From an uncultured Muribaculaceae bacterium (lineage in GTDB: Bacteria; Bacillota_I; Bacilli_A; RF39; UBA660), in contig CAYJEP010000001.1 of NCBI GenBank assembly GCA_964369555.1, positions 18,034 to 53,954 of the forward strand: a stretch of DNA of 35,921 nucleotides, written 5' to 3'. The notes below the pieces were generated by a model that was not told where the DNA came from, did not search any database, and saw nothing but the letters and a program-made list of their open reading frames with translations. The position numbers and the translations under genes are program-made. Numbering within the stretch: position 1 is the stretch's first letter; every line of letters starts with the position of its first letter. Of this stretch, positions 25,083 to 34,103 are shown one piece after another.

Positions 25083-25698
25083 CTATTTTTTTATCATAAC
25101 AATTTTCAGGATTAATATTCACACCGTTTAGAATCACTTCAAAATGTAGATGATTTCCTAAGGAAGATGAAATATTAGCTAATCCACTTTTCCCTATAAC
25201 TTGTCCTCTAATAACAGTATCACCAACAACAACATTAGTTTCACTTAAACTCTGATACACTGTAACCAAACCATTGTCATGAGTAATTTCAATTACTTTT
25301 CCAGTTAATGTATTCTCTGTTATATTAGATACATTGCCCGCTAATACAGAAACAACGTCAAAGATTTCTTCACTACTATAATCAGTACCCGTATTTGGAA
25401 TATATGTACCTTCATAATAGATTAAAGAGTTTTTTTGATTTTCTTCTTCTCCTAGATAATCATAAAAATTTCTTGCTATTGATACATTATTCGCAACATA
25501 CGGGCGCATAATAGTATCATATACTGCTACCACAGGAAAATCGGTATCTATAATAGTGTCATCAACATACTTAAAATCATCAATGTCTTTTAAAGGTTTA
25601 GTTATATAATTTATTAAATAAATACATCCAACCAAAGTCAAAACTCCTAATCCATATAAGCTATATACTACCCAATTTTTTAAACGCATATTTTTCAT
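25072..25698 (-). CDS. spoIIQ: Membrane-anchored M23/LytM-domain protein, SpoIIQ-like by synteny
   Basis: N-terminal TM (VVYSLYGLGVLTLVGCIYLI). The C-terminal LytM domain has GNHLHFEV (HxH). The gene lies immediately upstream of spoIIID-mbl, as spoIIQ does in Clostridioides difficile. Start placed at ATG 25698 (SD AGAGGTGA). The M23 call is firm (about 0.85); the SpoIIQ identity is an inference. Confidence 0.6.
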   Translation of the reverse strand: MKNMRLKNWVVYSLYGLGVLTLVGCIYLINYITKPLKDIDDFKYVDDTIIDTDFPVVAVYDTIMRPYVANNVSIARNFYDYLGEEENQKNSLIYYEGTYIPNTGTDYSSEEIFDVVSVLAGNVSNITENTLTGKVIEITHDNGLVTVYQSLSETNVVVGDTVIRGQVIGKSGLANISSSLGNHLHFEVILNGVNINPENCYDKKIEEL

Positions 25699-25745
25699 TT
25701 TTTCACCTCTATATTCATTTTGGATAGATAAAAAAAAAATATACA

Positions 25746-26171
25746 TCAATTTGTATATTCTTCAATCATTTTTATTCTTTTTAAATGTCTTTCCTCATTT
25801 GAAAATGAAGTGTTTAAAAATTTATCTACTATATTTAAATCACTTGTTTCACTTCCTAGAGCTATCACATTAGCGTCGTTGTGAAGTCTTGATAAATAAG
25901 CTTCTTCTACATTACTAACATGTGCACATCTAATACCTTTAACTTTATTAGCAGCTATACTTACTCCTATACCTGTTCCGCATATTAAAATACCAAAATC
26001 TACTTCACCAGATTTAACTATTTCTCCTAACTTAAAAGCAAATATAGGATAATCACTAGTTTCTTCTTTACTACCTAAGTCTATAACCTCATATCCTTTA
26101 TCAAATAGAAATTCTTTAACCTTGTTTTTTAAAATATATCCCTTGTGATCATTTGCTATTCCAATTTTCAT
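25746..26171 (-). CDS. rpiB: Ribose-5-phosphate isomerase B
   Basis: MKIGIANDH... start, CGTGIG motif, about 141 aa. ATG 26171 with SD GAGGA is preferred over the ORF-track GTG 26183. Confidence 0.9.
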   Translation of the reverse strand: MKIGIANDHKGYILKNKVKEFLFDKGYEVIDLGSKEETSDYPIFAFKLGEIVKSGEVDFGILICGTGIGVSIAANKVKGIRCAHVSNVEEAYLSRLHNDANVIALGSETSDLNIVDKFLNTSFSNEERHLKRIKMIEEYTN

Positions 26172-26172
26172 A

Positions 26173-26796
26173 TTATTCCTCACTTGTTAATTTTATTACT
26201 TCATTAAGTACATCTTGATATTTAGTTAATAAAGTTTCATTCTCGTTTACTAAAAACTCTTCAATAGAAATATCATTTTTTTCAACTATAATCTTACCAT
26301 CAATAAGCTTTATAGTTTCGCCTTTAATTATACCTTCTTCTTTTTTAAATAGTTCTAAAACTTCTTTAGCATTTACTTTCACAAGTTCACTGATTTCATT
26401 AAAATCATAATTAAAATCATATTCTTGATTATAGTTATAAACATAAATATTAGCAAAAGCTCTATCTTTAAAAAGAGATCCATCTTTTAAAATCTTGTCC
26501 ATTTGAAAATTCACAACTGAACAAAATAAAGCTTTTTCATGTTCTATTTTAGTACCTAATTCTTCATAAATTTCTCTACCAAAAGCTTCTTTTATACTTT
26601 CGGATGCAGCTACGTGCCCAGATGCAGTTGTATATAAAGTCCCGCGATCTGCTCTTCTTTGAAATATTATATTTCCTTTATTATCATATAACCAACAATG
26701 AACAGTTTTGTGCCATAATCCTTTTTCATGAACTACTTTTCTATCTTCTGTTCCTATATAATTACCAAATTCATCATAAATATCTAATAATTCCAT
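26173..26796 (-). CDS. NUDIX hydrolase
   Basis: Nudix box GHVAASESIKEAFGREIYEELG. The start is ambiguous between ATG 26808 (no SD) and ATG 26796 (GGAGGG 4-5 nt upstream); the latter was chosen. Confidence 0.75.
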   Translation of the reverse strand: MELLDIYDEFGNYIGTEDRKVVHEKGLWHKTVHCWLYDNKGNIIFQRRADRGTLYTTASGHVAASESIKEAFGREIYEELGTKIEHEKALFCSVVNFQMDKILKDGSLFKDRAFANIYVYNYNQEYDFNYDFNEISELVKVNAKEVLELFKKEEGIIKGETIKLIDGKIIVEKNDISIEEFLVNENETLLTKYQDVLNEVIKLTSEE

Positions 26797-26843
26797 AATA
26801 CCCTCCATATTAATGATAACATTTTTTTATTAAAAAAAAAAGC

Positions 26844-27056
26844 TTATTCAGCTTCTTTAGATAAACCATATTTACGATTAAATTTCTCAACTCTACCAGT
26901 TTTAGTAGCAGTCCCTTGTTTACCAGTATAAAATGGGTGACATTTATTACAAACTTCTAATTGTAATTCTGCAGTATTTGATTTAACAACAAATTCATTT
27001 CCACATGCACATTTTACAGTAGTATCAACATAATTAGGGTGAATTTCTTTTTTCAT
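26844..27056 (-). CDS. rpmE: 50S ribosomal protein L31 (Zn-ribbon type)
   Basis: MKKEIHPNY...CACGNEF...[12 protein letters not shown]. Start at ATG 27056 with SD GAAGGAG. The ORF-track start 27092 is an upstream extension. Confidence 0.95.
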   Translation of the reverse strand: MKKEIHPNYVDTTVKCACGNEFVVKSNTAELQLEVCNKCHPFYTGKQGTATKTGRVEKFNRKYGLSKEAE

Positions 27057-27107
27057 ATTTTTTCTCCTTCCGCCATGACTAAAAAAAGCCATAGAAATTT
27101 CTTATCT

Positions 27108-27116
27108 ATTATAACA
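27108..27116 (-). promoter_or_regulatory. Extended -10 element (TGtTATAAT) upstream of rpmE
   Basis: Minus-strand TGTTATAAT lies about 52 nt upstream of the rpmE ATG, just downstream of the preceding terminator. No good -35. Confidence 0.4.
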
Positions 27117-27144
27117 GTAAAAAAAGGTAAAAATCAATACCTTT
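27117..27144 (-). terminator. Rho-independent terminator after the SGNH hydrolase gene
   Basis: Minus strand reads AAAGGTA-(8-nt loop)-TACCTTT-TTTT. The stop codon sits at the 5' arm. Confidence 0.6.
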
Positions 27145-27808
27145 ATTTAATTTTCTCAATAATTAACTCACTTATCTTTTCATATCCAATTTCATTCGGA
27201 ACCCCGTGTAAAGAAATATAACCTGTATTTTTGAACTCCTCATATAAATCTATGTATTCAATATTATACTCATTACATAAAACTATCATTTTATTATTTA
27301 TATAGTTATAAAATTCATCTAAGTATAGATCATTACTATAATTATAAAAGCCTATTATTACAATTTGTTCTTTACTGTATTTTCTTAAATAAGTAAATAA
27401 CTCTTCTATATCTAAGTAAACTTGTTCAAATCTATTATATAAATCATCTATCGAATAAGAATAATTAAAATCAAAATTAGTTAAAAAATCATTTCTTCCA
27501 ATTGAAATAGTAATTAAATCAGCTTTTATTAATAAGTTTTGCATTTTTTTAGTTTCTTCTAAATATACATCAATATTATTTTTAATATCATTAATTATAT
27601 CAGTGGTTCTTTTAGAATCATCACTGTAATTAACATATTTTTCTAAAGATTGATTTAAATAATCCTTAATATATTTATTATATCCAGATTCATCTGTAGC
27701 TAAATTATCACCTAATGATAAATAATAAACTTTATTATCAAGAAGGCCTAAATAAATTAAAAATATAGCTAATGATATAAAGAAAATAACTAGTATTTTT
27801 TTTAACAT
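27143..27808 (-). CDS. SGNH/GDSL-like hydrolase with N-terminal anchor or signal
   Basis: N-terminal hydrophobic segment, block I-like LSLGDNLA and block III-like ISIGRNDF. SD AGGAGGA. Confidence 0.65.
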   Translation of the reverse strand: MLKKILVIFFISLAIFLIYLGLLDNKVYYLSLGDNLATDESGYNKYIKDYLNQSLEKYVNYSDDSKRTTDIINDIKNNIDVYLEETKKMQNLLIKADLITISIGRNDFLTNFDFNYSYSIDDLYNRFEQVYLDIEELFTYLRKYSKEQIVIIGFYNYSNDLYLDEFYNYINNKMIVLCNEYNIEYIDLYEEFKNTGYISLHGVPNEIGYEKISELIIEKIK

Positions 27809-27849
27809 ATATCCTCCTAAAAAAATATATGTTTAACTTACTTAATTTA

Positions 27850-29085
27850 TTACTTTATATCAGCTCCTACTGCTTTTAATTTTCCTATGATATCATCATA
27901 TCCACGTAGTATGTGTTCAACTTCAGTGATTAAAGATGTCCCATCAGCTACAAGTGCAGCTAAAACTAAACAAGCACCAGCTCTTAAATCAGTAGCAACC
28001 ACTTCATTACCAATTAAATTACTTTTACCATTAATAGTTATAGTTTTATTGCTTATGACTATATCTGAACCCATCTTTTGTAAGTATTTCACATTTTGAA
28101 ATCTGTTTTCATAAATATTTTCTGTTAAGTTTGAAACACCATTTGCTTGAGTTAATAAAGTAGTAAATGGCTGTTGTAAATCAGTTGGAAATCCTGGGTA
28201 ATAATCAGTTTTTATATCTATAGCACTTAGATTACTTTTACTAATAGTAACATAGTCAAGACCAACTTCTAAATTAGCCCCCATCTTTTCTAAGCTTTCT
28301 AATAAGCTTCCTAAATGTTTAGTATTTATATTGTTAATTTTCAAATTATTTCCAACTAATGCTCCAGCAATGATGTAAGTTCCTGCTTCTATTCTATCAG
28401 GTATAACTTCAATTGTCGCTCCAGCTAATTTAGAAACCCCTATTACCTCAATAACATTATCAATAAATTTTATGTTTGCGCCCATATTGTTTAATAAATC
28501 AATTACATTAATAATTTCTGGTTCTTTAGCAGCATTATGAATAATTGTCTTTCCTTTTGCTTTAGCAGACACAAGTATAGCATTTATAGTTGCACCTACA
28601 CTAGGCATATCTAAATAAATATCATTTCCCACTAACTCTTCTGCTTTTACTGTAAAGAAATTTCCTTCTTCATTAATATTCGCACTTAAAGATTCAAAAG
28701 CCTTTAAAGTTTGGTCTATCGGTCTTGCTCCTATAGAACAACCACCTGGGAAAAACATTTCAACAAACTTATATTTTCCAAGTAAAGCCGACATAAAATA
28801 GTATGAAGCTCTAAGTTTACTTGAAATACTTTCAGGTATTTTTTTATTTTTCATATTTTTACAATTTATTGTAATAATACCATTTTCTTTTTCTACTAAT
28901 ACATCTAAAAATTCTAAAATTTCAACTAAGGAATCAATATCCGAAATATTAGGAACATTTTTAATCACAACTTCTTCATCTGATAATAAAGCAGCTGGTA
29001 TTAAAGCAACAGCACTATTTTTAGCGCCACTAATATTTATAACACCTTGTAATTCTTTATTTCCTTTTATAATTATATTTTTCAT
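27850..29085 (-). CDS. murA: UDP-N-acetylglucosamine 1-carboxyvinyltransferase
   Basis: ISGAKNSA N-terminal motif and active-site PGGCSIGARPID. Start at ATG 29085 (SD GGAGGAA), which avoids overlap with fba. Confidence 0.9.
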   Translation of the reverse strand: MKNIIIKGNKELQGVINISGAKNSAVALIPAALLSDEEVVIKNVPNISDIDSLVEILEFLDVLVEKENGIITINCKNMKNKKIPESISSKLRASYYFMSALLGKYKFVEMFFPGGCSIGARPIDQTLKAFESLSANINEEGNFFTVKAEELVGNDIYLDMPSVGATINAILVSAKAKGKTIIHNAAKEPEIINVIDLLNNMGANIKFIDNVIEVIGVSKLAGATIEVIPDRIEAGTYIIAGALVGNNLKINNINTKHLGSLLESLEKMGANLEVGLDYVTISKSNLSAIDIKTDYYPGFPTDLQQPFTTLLTQANGVSNLTENIYENRFQNVKYLQKMGSDIVISNKTITINGKSNLIGNEVVATDLRAGACLVLAALVADGTSLITEVEHILRGYDDIIGKLKAVGADIK

Positions 29086-29095
29086 ATTTCCTCCG

Positions 29096-29947
29096 TTATG
29101 CTTTATTATTTGAACCAAATAATAAAATCTTTTCCATAAGTAGTTTTTTTACTGATGACTCTCCACTTTTAATAACTTTTCTTGGGTCATAAGCTTTATC
29201 ATCTTCTTTTAAGAATCTTCTAACATCTTGTGCCCAAACTATTTGTAGTTCAGTATTCATATTAATTTTACAAATTCCATTTTCAATAGATTTCCTCATT
29301 AATATATCTGGAATACCAGAACCACCGTGTAGTACTAAAGGAATATTTACTAATTCTTTAATAGTATTCATTCTATCAAAATCTAATTTCGGTTCACCTT
29401 TATATATTCCATGAACACTTCCTAAAGCAGGAGTTAAGATTTTAACATTAGTTTCTTTTACCATCAAAACAGCATCTTCCACTTTCGCATACGCTAGTTC
29501 GTTAGCAAATCCATCTTCTTCGCCACCAACTGCTCCAACTTCTGTTTCCACTGAAACATTGAACTTGTTTGCATATTCTATAACTTCTTTTGTTACTTTA
29601 ATATTATCTTCTAAAATAGATTTTGAAGCATCAATCATAACTGAACTAAATCCAGCATCAATAGCTTTTTTACAAGAATCAAAACTACTACCATGGTCTA
29701 AATGTAATGCGACTGGAACAGTTATTTTTAAATCTTTAAGTAACCCATTAACCATTCCTACTACAACATTATATCCACCCATATATTTAACCGCACCCTC
29801 ACTGACACCTAAAATAACTGGAGATTTCATTTCTTCAGACACTTCTAAAATATATTTTGCCCATTCTAAATTATTAATATTAAAATGACCTACTGCATAT
29901 TTTTCATCCATTGCTTTATTAAGCATTTTATTCATATTTTCTAACAT
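29096..29947 (-). CDS. fba: Class II fructose-1,6-bisphosphate aldolase
   Basis: KYAVGHFNINNLEW, HLDHG and LHGGSG motifs; 283 aa. Confidence 0.9.
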   Translation of the reverse strand: MLENMNKMLNKAMDEKYAVGHFNINNLEWAKYILEVSEEMKSPVILGVSEGAVKYMGGYNVVVGMVNGLLKDLKITVPVALHLDHGSSFDSCKKAIDAGFSSVMIDASKSILEDNIKVTKEVIEYANKFNVSVETEVGAVGGEEDGFANELAYAKVEDAVLMVKETNVKILTPALGSVHGIYKGEPKLDFDRMNTIKELVNIPLVLHGGSGIPDILMRKSIENGICKINMNTELQIVWAQDVRRFLKEDDKAYDPRKVIKSGESSVKKLLMEKILLFGSNNKA

Positions 29948-29992
29948 ATCATCACCATTTTCAATTATACATTGTTTTTATATAAAAAACAA

Positions 29993-30511
29993 CTAGAACA
30001 AATAGTAAAAAGCTAGCAATATCAAAGTAATCCCCCCAATAATAGTTGCGGTTTTCCCAAAAAATTTATTTAGTCTATTTCCTAATCTTAAACCTAAAAA
30101 TGTGAACATTATACTACTAATTGATATTATAAATGAACTATATATATAATTATCAAAAATGTTACTTATCCCTATTGAAAAACTGTCGATACTAACAGCA
30201 AGTCCAAAAAACATCATACCTATTATATCTAATTTTTTTAAATTTTCATCAGTTTTAAAGCTCTCATATATCATTTGTATACCAACCAACAGTAAAATTG
30301 TAAAGACAATAATAATAGGTGAAAAGGGAATGTAATCCATTATCAAATCACCTAAAAAATAACCAAAAATAGGCATAAAAAAATGATAAATACCAACTAT
30401 AAAAGATAATATAATGCTATCTTTTTTAGATATGTTCATAGTTCCATAAGCCATAGAAAGTGAAAAAGCATCCATGCTTAAACTAATAGCTATTAAAATA
30501 GTTGTTAACAT
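29993..30511 (-). CDS. MntP/YtaF-family (DUF204) membrane protein, putative manganese exporter
   Basis: Duplicated DAFS/DSFS motifs (SMDAFSLSMAYG and SIDSFSIGIS); 6 TM; 172 aa. Confidence 0.65.
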   Translation of the reverse strand: MLTTILIAISLSMDAFSLSMAYGTMNISKKDSIILSFIVGIYHFFMPIFGYFLGDLIMDYIPFSPIIIVFTILLLVGIQMIYESFKTDENLKKLDIIGMMFFGLAVSIDSFSIGISNIFDNYIYSSFIISISSIMFTFLGLRLGNRLNKFFGKTATIIGGITLILLAFYYLF

Positions 30512-30540
30512 ATGTCCTCCTTTTTAAAAGTATGAAAAAG

Positions 30541-31191
30541 CTATTTAGAAAAGTCTATAATAGCTTTATTTATTTTATTTAAATGATTATTACACTGACT
30601 AAATGGTTTACTTCCAATAAATCCTCTATAAGCTCCTAAAGGAGATGGATGAGAAGATTCAATAATGAAATTATTACTACTTATTATTTTTTTCTTACTC
30701 TGAGCATGATTGCCCCATAAAATAAAAATAATATTTTCTTTTTCACTTAATATTTTTATTACAGAATCGGTAAAAGTTTCCCAACCCTTGTTTTTATGTG
30801 ATAAAGGTGTATCTTTTAAAACTGTTAGAACAGTATTAAGTAATAAAACACCTTGCTTTGCCCAACCAGTTAAATCACTGTTATCACGTTTAATGTTTAA
30901 ATCACTCTCTAATTCTTTAAATATATTTTTTAAAGATGGTGGATTCTTTATATTATTATATACAGAAAACGCTAGTCCATGTGCTTCATCTATCCCGTGA
31001 TAAGGATCTTGCCCTAAGATAACCACCTTAACATCATCAAAATCTGTCAACTTAAAAGCATTGAAAATATCACTGTACTGTGGATAACACTCTTTGTTTT
31101 TATATTCACTATTAATAAAATTCATTAACTCTATAAAATATTCTTTTTGATACTCTTCATTTAATAATTTATCCCATTTATTACCTATCAT
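30541..31191 (-). CDS. ung: Uracil-DNA glycosylase (family 1)
   Basis: GQDPYH water-activating loop and HPSPL motif. Confidence 0.9.
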   Translation of the reverse strand: MIGNKWDKLLNEEYQKEYFIELMNFINSEYKNKECYPQYSDIFNAFKLTDFDDVKVVILGQDPYHGIDEAHGLAFSVYNNIKNPPSLKNIFKELESDLNIKRDNSDLTGWAKQGVLLLNTVLTVLKDTPLSHKNKGWETFTDSVIKILSEKENIIFILWGNHAQSKKKIISSNNFIIESSHPSPLGAYRGFIGSKPFSQCNNHLNKINKAIIDFSK

Positions 31192-31210
31192 TCAAATCAC
31201 CCATCCCATT

Positions 31211-32488
31211 TTAACACTTTTTATCATATTTATTCAACTCATCTATAACATCTTTTTTTAATTTCATTAAGCAATAAATATTAATAATCGCTAATATAGC
31301 AGTAAATATATTAACTACTCTCCATATATGTGAAGCATTTATAATTGAACCTATAAAAATAATTAGAATGCTTATAATCTTTAAAATAGTTGTTTTCTTA
31401 CCATATAAGCTTTTAAAATTTGTCTCACCGTCATAATAACCTGTTAGGATAGTTGAAAAAGCAAATAAAATAATAACTACTAACAAGATAATTTGGCCTA
31501 TAACACCCAAGTGGTAGGAAAAAGATGCCTGCGCTAATTCAATTCCGTTTATATTATGAACACTGCTATTACTTGATATTATAACAATACCAGTTGCTAA
31601 ACAAATAAAAATAGTCGTAATATAAGTACTTAAAATTTGAACAAAACCTTGACGAGCAGGATAATCAACTTTGATAGTCGAAGCTGCAATAGCGCCTGTT
31701 CCAAGACCAGCTTCATTTGAAAATATTCCACGTTGTACTCCTATTATCATAGATGAAAACACACCAAATCCAAGAGCTTTAAAATTAAAAGCTTCATTTA
31801 CTATGTTTGATAACAAACTAGGAATTATATTTAAACTATTCATTATTATAAAAAAAGCTGTTATCACATATATCATAATCATCATGGGAACAATCAAAGA
31901 TATCGCACTAGAAATTTTTTTTATTCCACCTGAAATAATCAATAAAGAAATAAAACTTATAATTATTCCTAATACTAAAGGTGATATATTTAAATAACTA
32001 TTAATAGAAGTAGTAATAGTATTAGATTGAATACTCAGTGTACCTATTATGTAACTTATCAACATAATAAATGCATAAATCCTACTTAGTTTAATATTCT
32101 TCAAACCATTTTTTATATAATAAGTTGGACCACCTTTATAAATATTTTCCGCATCATATTCTTGATATTTTACTCCTAAGACTACTTCTGCAAAAGTATT
32201 AGAACATGAAATAATACCGATTATAACAATCCAAAAAATACTTCCTACCCCACCAAGAGTAATTGCAATAGAAGTTCCGGCTATTGATCCTACTCCTATT
32301 CTCCCGCCTAAAACTAATAATAGGGAATCAATCAAAGACATATTGTTGTTACTCTTGTAAAATAGATTTCTAAAGATATCCTTAAATCTAAACTGAACAA
32401 ATTTTAACTTAACACTAAAATAAATACCTGAATAAACTATCATAATTAAAGCAGTAGCCCACAAAACACTCTCTATTATTTTAAACAT
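31211..32488 (-). CDS. Alanine/glycine:cation symporter (AGCS family)
   Basis: GIFSNEAGLGTG signature; polytopic; 425 aa. Confidence 0.8.
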   Translation of the reverse strand: MFKIIESVLWATALIMIVYSGIYFSVKLKFVQFRFKDIFRNLFYKSNNNMSLIDSLLLVLGGRIGVGSIAGTSIAITLGGVGSIFWIVIIGIISCSNTFAEVVLGVKYQEYDAENIYKGGPTYYIKNGLKNIKLSRIYAFIMLISYIIGTLSIQSNTITTSINSYLNISPLVLGIIISFISLLIISGGIKKISSAISLIVPMMIMIYVITAFFIIMNSLNIIPSLLSNIVNEAFNFKALGFGVFSSMIIGVQRGIFSNEAGLGTGAIAASTIKVDYPARQGFVQILSTYITTIFICLATGIVIISSNSSVHNINGIELAQASFSYHLGVIGQIILLVVIILFAFSTILTGYYDGETNFKSLYGKKTTILKIISILIIFIGSIINASHIWRVVNIFTAILAIINIYCLMKLKKDVIDELNKYDKKC

Positions 32489-32518
32489 AAATCACCTTTT
32501 AAATTATATTCAAAACAA

Positions 32519-32545
32519 TAAAAAAAAAGCTATAAATTATTAGCT
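32519..32545 (-). terminator. Possible terminator after ksgA
   Basis: Minus strand reads AGCTA-(8-nt loop)-TAGCT followed by T8. The stem is short (5 bp). Confidence 0.4.
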
Positions 32546-33354
32546 ATTTCAATGAAAATATCAATACTAAGTTGCTCAGCTCTAACAGTTAAATCAAAAT
32601 TATGTTTTTTTAATATTTCTTCAATTACTTCTAAGTTATAACCCTTTAAATTATTTTTTATAGTCTTTCTTTTTTGAACAAAACTATCTTTAACTAATTT
32701 AAAAAATAAATTTTCATCTTTTAATTCTTTGTGGTCTTTTTTTCTAAATTCAACTACAATACTGTCTACATTTGGTACAGGTAAAAATACATTTCTACTA
32801 ACATCTATTAATTTATTAACATCAAAATAATAACTTAAAAATATTGATAAAGAATTATATTCTTTAGTTCCTGGAACTGCTTTAAATCTATTGCCAACTT
32901 CTTTTTGAACCATAATAGCAATCTTATCTACTGGTAATTTATCCTCTATAATTTTCATTATTATCGGAGTTGTTATATAGTAAGGTAAATTAGCTACTAC
33001 ATATAATTTTTTATATTCATATTTTTTAATATCTTCTAACACATTAGCTTCCAAGAAATCTTCAAATTTGATTTCAACATTATCAAATTCCTTTAAAGTT
33101 TCATTTAAAATATTACTTAAAGTAGTATCAATTTCATAGCACAATAAGTTTTTTGATACAGACGCTAAGTGATATGATAAAGATCCAGCTCCTGGCCCGA
33201 TTTCAATCACTAATGTTTCATCATCAATTTTAGATTTTTCTACAATACTCTTGATAATATTTTCATCAACAATAAAATTTTGTCCAAATTTCTTTTTAAA
33301 ATAAAACTCGTTATTTTCTAATAGTTGTTTCATTTTTTTAGGTGAATATTCCAT
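32530..33354 (-). CDS. rsmA: 16S rRNA (adenine1518/1519-N6)-dimethyltransferase
   Basis: FGQNF, EIGPGAGSL and NLPYYITTPI motifs. Confidence 0.9.
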   Translation of the reverse strand: MEYSPKKMKQLLENNEFYFKKKFGQNFIVDENIIKSIVEKSKIDDETLVIEIGPGAGSLSYHLASVSKNLLCYEIDTTLSNILNETLKEFDNVEIKFEDFLEANVLEDIKKYEYKKLYVVANLPYYITTPIIMKIIEDKLPVDKIAIMVQKEVGNRFKAVPGTKEYNSLSIFLSYYFDVNKLIDVSRNVFLPVPNVDSIVVEFRKKDHKELKDENLFFKLVKDSFVQKRKTIKNNLKGYNLEVIEEILKKHNFDLTVRAEQLSIDIFIEIANNL

Positions 33355-33376
33355 ATTTTACTCCTTAAAAAAGGCT

Positions 33377-34075
33377 TTAGAAGCCCCATCTTTGTACACT
33401 GTAACTAACACTTACTTTGTTAGTGATTTTATATATTTCAGGATCTTTTTCAGTTGTATAAGCAACATCAAAGTGAATTATCCCATTACTGAAATTTTTT
33501 CTCATATCATATCCTGTATCAAGTACTATTCCCATAAATGTTCCGGCATTAGAACTAGTTACTTTAACAATAGTTCCACAAGGAAACTCATCTGTTTCTG
33601 CAGCTAATACTCTAACTTCTCCAAACTCTTCATCGTTGTAGTAAATACCATCTGTAATTATATTATACCAACCTGGATCTGATGTATCACAAAATGTATA
33701 TCCTCTTCCATCACAAGTACTGCAATCTGGTCCATATCCTGTCATAATACCAGTATACTCACCAACCTTGCCTGTCCCGACAATTATCTCTTCTGAAACA
33801 GTAGGTTCAAGAATTATTTCTTCGCCTAATTCATTTACGTAAACTAATCCATTTATTCCTTCTTGCTCAACTCTAGTTACATTAATAGGCATATCACTAT
33901 CATATGTAGTAATTGAATCATAAGAAACAACCTTAGTAACAGAAGTAACTAAATCATTAAGTCCATTACCATAAGCCTCTTTACTAGAAACCTCTACATC
34001 ATATCCAGTTGTTAATAAAGTAATAGACGCAACAACAGAGATAACAGTTACAATAGGCACTAAAAAAGTTTTCAT
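33377..34075 (-). CDS. Secreted G5-like plus 3D (RlpA/MltA-like) domain protein, YabE-like by position
   Basis: N-terminal signal or anchor. A G5-like segment (VTRVEQEGINGLVYV) is followed by a C-terminal 3D-like segment (FPCGTIVKV...GIVLDTGYDM...IHFDV). The gene lies between tatD and ksgA, as yabE does in B. subtilis. Confidence 0.6.
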   Translation of the reverse strand: MKTFLVPIVTVISVVASITLLTTGYDVEVSSKEAYGNGLNDLVTSVTKVVSYDSITTYDSDMPINVTRVEQEGINGLVYVNELGEEIILEPTVSEEIIVGTGKVGEYTGIMTGYGPDCSTCDGRGYTFCDTSDPGWYNIITDGIYYNDEEFGEVRVLAAETDEFPCGTIVKVTSSNAGTFMGIVLDTGYDMRKNFSNGIIHFDVAYTTEKDPEIYKITNKVSVSYSVQRWGF

Positions 34076-34103
34076 TAATCACCTCTTAATAAAAATAATT
34101 TTA

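Noticed and set aside
29972-29992. AT-only near-palindrome TTGTTTTTATATAAAAAACAA after the MntP-family gene, as a terminator
   Set aside because: The stem would be almost entirely A-T with one bulge and no distinct T-tract beyond the stem itself. That is too unstable to call.
30512-30540. Expected yybP-ykoY manganese riboswitch upstream of the MntP-family gene
   Set aside because: Only 29 nt separate it from the ung stop, which leaves no room for a riboswitch. The gene is probably co-transcribed with ung and may be a YtaF-like paralogue rather than a regulated Mn exporter.
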